DNA of 24,000 bases, taken from NCBI RefSeq assembly GCF_008933155.1, contig NZ_WBVP01000024.1:2571-26570 (forward strand). The letters run 5' to 3'. The notes below the pieces were generated by a model. The model searched no databases, was not told the origin of the DNA, and saw only the letters and a list, made by a program, of their open reading frames with translations. Every line of letters starts with the position of its first letter. Within the stretch, counting starts at the first letter, position 1. Below are positions 21,701-24,000 of this stretch, piece after piece. The translations under genes were made by a program, and so were the position numbers. This DNA comes from Aliivibrio finisterrensis. GTDB lineage: Bacteria > Pseudomonadota > Gammaproteobacteria > Enterobacterales > Vibrionaceae.

Positions 21701-24000
21701 ATTGAGAGGCGTGTTACCGCCGACTATCTTAACGCTGTCAAAGAAACGATTGACCTGATTGATTTCGGATGGATCTTCGCCATTATTTTTCCATGCCTCT
21801 GTTCGTTCAGAATAAATAACCACACTGTTATCAAGTGTCACAACCAGTTGATGTTCAAAATTCTCATCACTAGTAGGATCGAGGGTGTAGTTAACGTTGG
21901 TTGCAGCATTAATGGGTTCCCCGTTGTTAGCTAAATCACCACCGGCGGGAATACGATACCACTGATATCCTTGAATACTAATCGCGTTGTCATCTTGATA
22001 TTTAGTGAGCCATAGCGTTGCACGCTCAGACAGATCATAGGATAAGTTTGTTGTATCAAAGGCGAGTGTTAAAGTCTCTAGAGAGGCTGTAGTATTGTTT
22101 TTCACTTGTTCGGTTTGATTAGACACAAGCGGATTGAGTTGAGAATTGCCATCAGTTAATGTCAATTGCAAACGAAGATAGCGGTTTTCATCTGTGTTGT
22201 CTGTTGTATATCGAGCACTATTTGCATCGACGATATTGCTCCAAATATTAGTATCAAGGCTGTACTGCCATTGATATTCTGCCGTCATATTATTGGCTGC
22301 AATAGCACGGTCGATAGCAGCAATATCAGTGATATTTAATGCCACTTCTGCTTGAGTGCTTAATGTTACAGGGCTGATGTTGAGGGTTAGTGTATTGGCT
22401 AAGTCGTCTAAAGTATCAGAGCCTGAAGCCGCACTCACAGGCTTAGTATCGATGCTACTTTTTACAATAAGCCCTGCATCATCATGATATTCGACAGTAA
22501 TGCGTAGTGAATAGCCTTCATCGTTGGGTTGAGGTGTGTAACTATCAGTATTGGCCAAATCCGTTAAGCCATTGATACCAATTCGATCCCAATACACTTT
22601 ACGTTCGGTAAATAACGCTGGAGGCATAGATGAAATTAAACGAGTATCTATTCTTTGTTTGATACCCACTTGTGGCTCTGCCAAATTATCAAACTCGATG
22701 TCGAAATTGAGGCTGTTCGTTTGTACTACAGATGTCACATTGGAGCCAACTTTAGCGCTGGTATTGGTATCGAGATTTTCTGATAATAAACACAGACGAT
22801 ATTGATAGCCACTGGTCAACGACATTAAATCATTGTAATCGTCAAGCTCAGGACCGACAGGTTGCCACTGATTGGAAGACGATTGATCAAAATATTGCCA
22901 TTGATATTTAACCGTAACGGGATAGTTGTCTCGTAATGCCTGAACCTCATTGAATACATCCGATGGATTACTCAAACCAATTGTATCTGACATATTTAAT
23001 GGGTCATCAAACTGTATTACAGGTTGGATCTCTCGAACTAGGAACGCAGGGTTTTGAGTTGATGAGAAGCTCTCTGTAAAAGTCCGCCAGATGGTGGAAT
23101 CGGTTTGTGATATTTGTTTTACCGATACGGTTACAGACTTTGTATCAGGGTAGAGGTCGAATAAATCACTCAAGCTAGTGAGGCTATTGCTAGGCTGAGT
23201 ATTTGAACTATAACGGTATTCCACCGTGTAAGTATTACCTTGGTCAGGTGCTTGAGTCTCGTTGCTATTTGATTTTGCCATCAAATACGGGACTGATGTT
23301 GAATCAATCGGATCTTGAGGGGCCATTTTAATCGCACTATACCAAAGAATAAAGTCTGAAGGTTGAGTGCTATTTTTAATGGCTTCTTGACTGACGACCG
23401 ATAATGTTAGAGGTTTTTTAAGTACATTTGAATCTTCATAGCTGATTGACAACAGTAAGTATTTTCCAGCACTACCATTCGCTAAGTTGTTACCAGTGAT
23501 TGGTTGCCATAGCGTCGCTGAAGATTGATGACTCGGGTCGTCGATCAGATACCAACTGGTACTAAGTGTACCTGACGGATTAGCCACAATATCGCCATTT
23601 TTTTCTAGTTGCCATATATAAGATAGGGCACTGTCTTGATAGAGTGGCGTAGAAGTTAAATTGGCTGTTAACGTATAGCTATCGTTACTCCCACTGTTGG
23701 TTTTTTGAACCGGATTTGAAGTGACATCAAAGGCGACGACATCTTGGTTTATCGAGTCACTTATCGTCGCTTTGATACCGATATAGTAACCAACATCATC
23801 ATCGCTGATAGTGTGATCGGCAGATTTCACACCACTAGAAGAAGCCATACTCCAAGCCGTCGGGCTATCGAGTCTAAACCATTCATATTCCACATTTTCA
23901 GTTGTTAAAGTGCGATGAGAGGCTGTAATAACTTGTCCTACGATGTATTCGCTTGATTGTGTGATATTAATTTGCCAAGGCAATAACGGGTTACTACCAG
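15725..24000 (-). CDS. Giant repetitive surface or adhesin-like protein with a GlyGly-CTERM sorting signal (5'-partial, more than 2750 aa in the window)
   Basis: The frame stays open to the window edge (..GSNPLLPWQINITQ). An ~850-aa super-repeat begins at the PWQ motif at aa 2, 853 and 1698 (nt 23980, 21427, 18892), and the third copy is ~310 aa. Each unit holds ~8 modules of ~100 aa with the signature Y-x-W...D-x-G-x-x-[IL]-R-[VL]. Then, approximately: a cadherin/VCBS-like domain (APIALDD...LDNDYDTDEGD, nt 17690-17953), an HYR-like domain (nt 17440-17665), a Calx-beta-like domain (nt 17130-17440) and a thrombospondin-3-like Ca-binding run (DMDTDNDGLTDAEEGFADFDNDMIPNYLDPIDD, nt 16690-16790). 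The C-terminus is SGASGGSITIYSILLLMLLCIRLISPRIRIRIRIRFSR. Confidence 0.9.
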   Translation of the reverse strand, partial: GSNPLLPWQINITQSSEYIVGQVITASHRTLTTENVEYEWFRLDSPTAWSMASSSGVKSADHTISDDDVGYYIGIKATISDSINQDVVAFDVTSNPVQKTNSGSNDSYTLTANLTSTPLYQDSALSYIWQLEKNGDIVANPSGTLSTSWYLIDDPSHQSSATLWQPITGNNLANGSAGKYLLLSISYEDSNVLKKPLTLSVVSQEAIKNSTQPSDFILWYSAIKMAPQDPIDSTSVPYLMAKSNSNETQAPDQGNTYTVEYRYSSNTQPSNSLTSLSDLFDLYPDTKSVTVSVKQISQTDSTIWRTFTESFSSTQNPAFLVREIQPVIQFDDPLNMSDTIGLSNPSDVFNEVQALRDNYPVTVKYQWQYFDQSSSNQWQPVGPELDDYNDLMSLTSGYQYRLCLLSENLDTNTSAKVGSNVTSVVQTNSLNFDIEFDNLAEPQVGIKQRIDTRLISSMPPALFTERKVYWDRIGINGLTDLANTDSYTPQPNDEGYSLRITVEYHDDAGLIVKSSIDTKPVSAASGSDTLDDLANTLTLNISPVTLSTQAEVALNITDIAAIDRAIAANNMTAEYQWQYSLDTNIWSNIVDANSARYTTDNTDENRYLRLQLTLTDGNSQLNPLVSNQTEQVKNNTTASLETLTLAFDTTNLSYDLSERATLWLTKYQDDNAISIQGYQWYRIPAGGDLANNGEPINAATNVNYTLDPTSDENFEHQLVVTLDNSVVIYSERTEAWKNNGEDPSEINQVNRFFDSVKIVGGNTPLNSTNTITAELYGSSLQKDQRPTNLSYTWQSRLTGTQGDWSNIGLNNPSYTLANSDQGMDIRVLVDSQDNNGNPLPQLIAPARSVDSSNNPLTPWQVNLTQTSEYIVGQPITASHRDVVLDENVTYQWHRMSTADTSNAVAISNATKADYILSEDDIGYFIAVTATVSDATGAQISAQMSITSPVKASNSNSSDSYYLSATLSPSMLYQDSHLEYDMQLYKNGEIVGAPSGDITAEWYLVSSLSDKDISSNWQAMPNTILTDNAVGKYVLLSINYNEDSLTNPLSLVVLSNTVVSSETTPTTFSEWFSTIDMSPRDPVDTTSTAFLSAKDDQETLAPNLGNSYTVDYTFYSDKAPSDARNNLSDLLISYPNTNSVKVKAKQISQTNSDDTRTFEASFNYNPEPALFIRNIIPHLSFDQPLTPNDTISLSNQAVVVNDVEALMQNYPVSVTYQWQFNDDSGWKNLGSESQSYQDLTSGLTVGHHYRLSIKATNNDNNQIHESLSASTPKVQNSIINYDISIADIAQPQVGLAISLKSSLLSSEPPAMFTERQIIWQRVALNGTVTNLIQGDRYIPSSNDLGSMLRIAVMYYDNDTLIIQRTIDTDIVIIAPQSNTLIDLSNKLSLTLSETTLSTGMLVSLTESDLAQLNAQSLITANYQWQSSVDGESWADIDMANMATYQVSTEDVGKKLRLQLILSEGVDDLSPNYSDSSNAIINNPNTLPTETLAIHFTPEDNSYEISNTSKQWLENYLAQTFSNVSAYQWYRIPVNGSWQSNGIAINSAVASRYTLNEDDTDFTHQLQITLDNGARLFSSITAVWSGNSDQQATDEHANTMDRARYFDTVLIQGGASTATTDQTLNTQLVGSKLSFDLLPPVINYQWQHSSDGISWANISGEINAYYTVQTADQYLRVIVNRQDDFGELTPDLFSNVIQIDATQSPWAISILPYAVQPIIATQLKVAHRSVDNSEKVSYQWYRLPKLGKWALAQPINGANQAQYHITADDLNYYVGVEATLNSDTQTRVARQVLSDFVSPQDNQLDKLKVHIEMPNPIYLDTPLTADITFSQDGELLSSSDYVVSKTWYVLDDPNDIHNSNRWISTDSGVSDKYVLLHLVYQDGDSLVSQYALSEAAVQSDTNKASMESWYSKLVLAPNKPVVRSSRTALISSSPLENNGQESGLFTLELQYLDASDPNRVYSSLQDLVTNVASLGWVQVKAVQTSVIDASIYRVLYSDRYYMSQLLTGEPLPPVVNKNNAPIALDDSVKVEPSTTITLSPLDNDYDTDEGDQITLVSAKSKFGNIAIVDNKIQYTLPTNLPASWYIEYVIADQHGSSNKGLIKLESDSLQTDKPEFEELPSLDLKATGLFNRIEIFSPKATDINGVPIPVSLYDGTLLLRSGSHVIYWQAVDAARNTTQIVSQQVNITPYAEFIPMSTTYEGTTAQIRIKLSGSAPSYPVTIPVIVSTESTSDNNDHSVSLLNTNDVVITSGTEGILEIDIYEDNLNEGEETLHLSFASNVHTGPLSEAVLTISEDKQPITLNANFYNADNNIVSIATPASLSDLNIIINSNVPLDDDNSVIIDWYYSGPNISEESAGQTSNYEPLILPELKETGRYDFTFTAYPLGLEQQPIVGKTSLRIVEEVELSLDMDTDNDGLTDAEEGFADFDNDMIPNYLDPIDDCELQSNAVNTSLSLIFESTPGDCLILGQLSNKIDASSPYINASTLSGIIPDDSTNPNYSSENVFNFTVRNQNSQSSIVVIPLLEPLSSGSILRKYTDQEGWFDFDESEDGSNLKYARGELGNCPPPHSSLYQEEIVVGGYCIEMTIKDGGRHDGDNNHDDNIDDPSYVYSSIPSLNIDPFDYVITYNPDNIPLNFSVDIDLCDYIAVTDCESLQVVSITSKYVTTNITANSGTRIDLQIPSWYRSAQALTFTVQLDGAVGTVDMNINYSAEISATQPESSGASGGSITIYSILLLMLLCIRLISPRIRIRIRIRFSR

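Noticed and set aside
16205-22805. Six short plus-strand ORFs (16205, 19874, 20126, 21173, 22551 and similar) within the giant gene
   Set aside because: All are antisense to a continuous 8.2-kb reading frame with clear domain content. They are shadow ORFs.

Overview
AT-rich, heavily rearranged accessory DNA that looks like plasmid or genomic-island mosaic from a marine gammaproteobacterium. That origin is an inference from the GlyGly-CTERM sorting signal and the IS types; no database search was possible. Left to right: (1) a Cre-like tyrosine recombinase diverges from a 497-aa protein with a PD-(D/E)xK-like core. The 367-bp region between them holds a 34-bp lox-like inverted repeat, a near-consensus promoter and a structured leader laid out like the phage P1/P7 immI c4 antisense-RNA system, with boxes a1 b1, then b' a', then a2 b2 over the SD. 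(2) A debris field follows: an internally deleted IS6-family element, a truncated recombinase, an intact Abi_2/HEPN abortive-infection gene, and a chimeric umuC'-ATPase' ORF. (3) An intact IS30-family element sits next to a ~5-kb plasmid-like module with two 22-bp iteron-like repeats, an (AAAAC)n microsatellite, Integrase_1-type recombinase genes, a 1.6-kb ORF-poor structured region, a zinc-ribbon plus 79-aa mini-operon, and a Rep_3 initiator pseudogene. The module ends at a 15-bp IS30 IRR tip, an IS4 fragment and a 145-bp diverged copy of part of the 497-aa gene. (4) A wHTH-Fic protein with a degenerate active-site motif and a palindromic operator array. (5) A 327-aa ORF that starts with a tyrosine-recombinase C-terminal motif. 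(6) A giant surface protein, more than 2750 aa and 5'-partial, built from ~850-aa super-repeats and ending in a GlyGly-CTERM signal whose basic tail is encoded by a palindromic (GAATTC)4 repeat. No rRNA, tRNA or CRISPR array was seen. All family calls rest on motifs recognised by eye.
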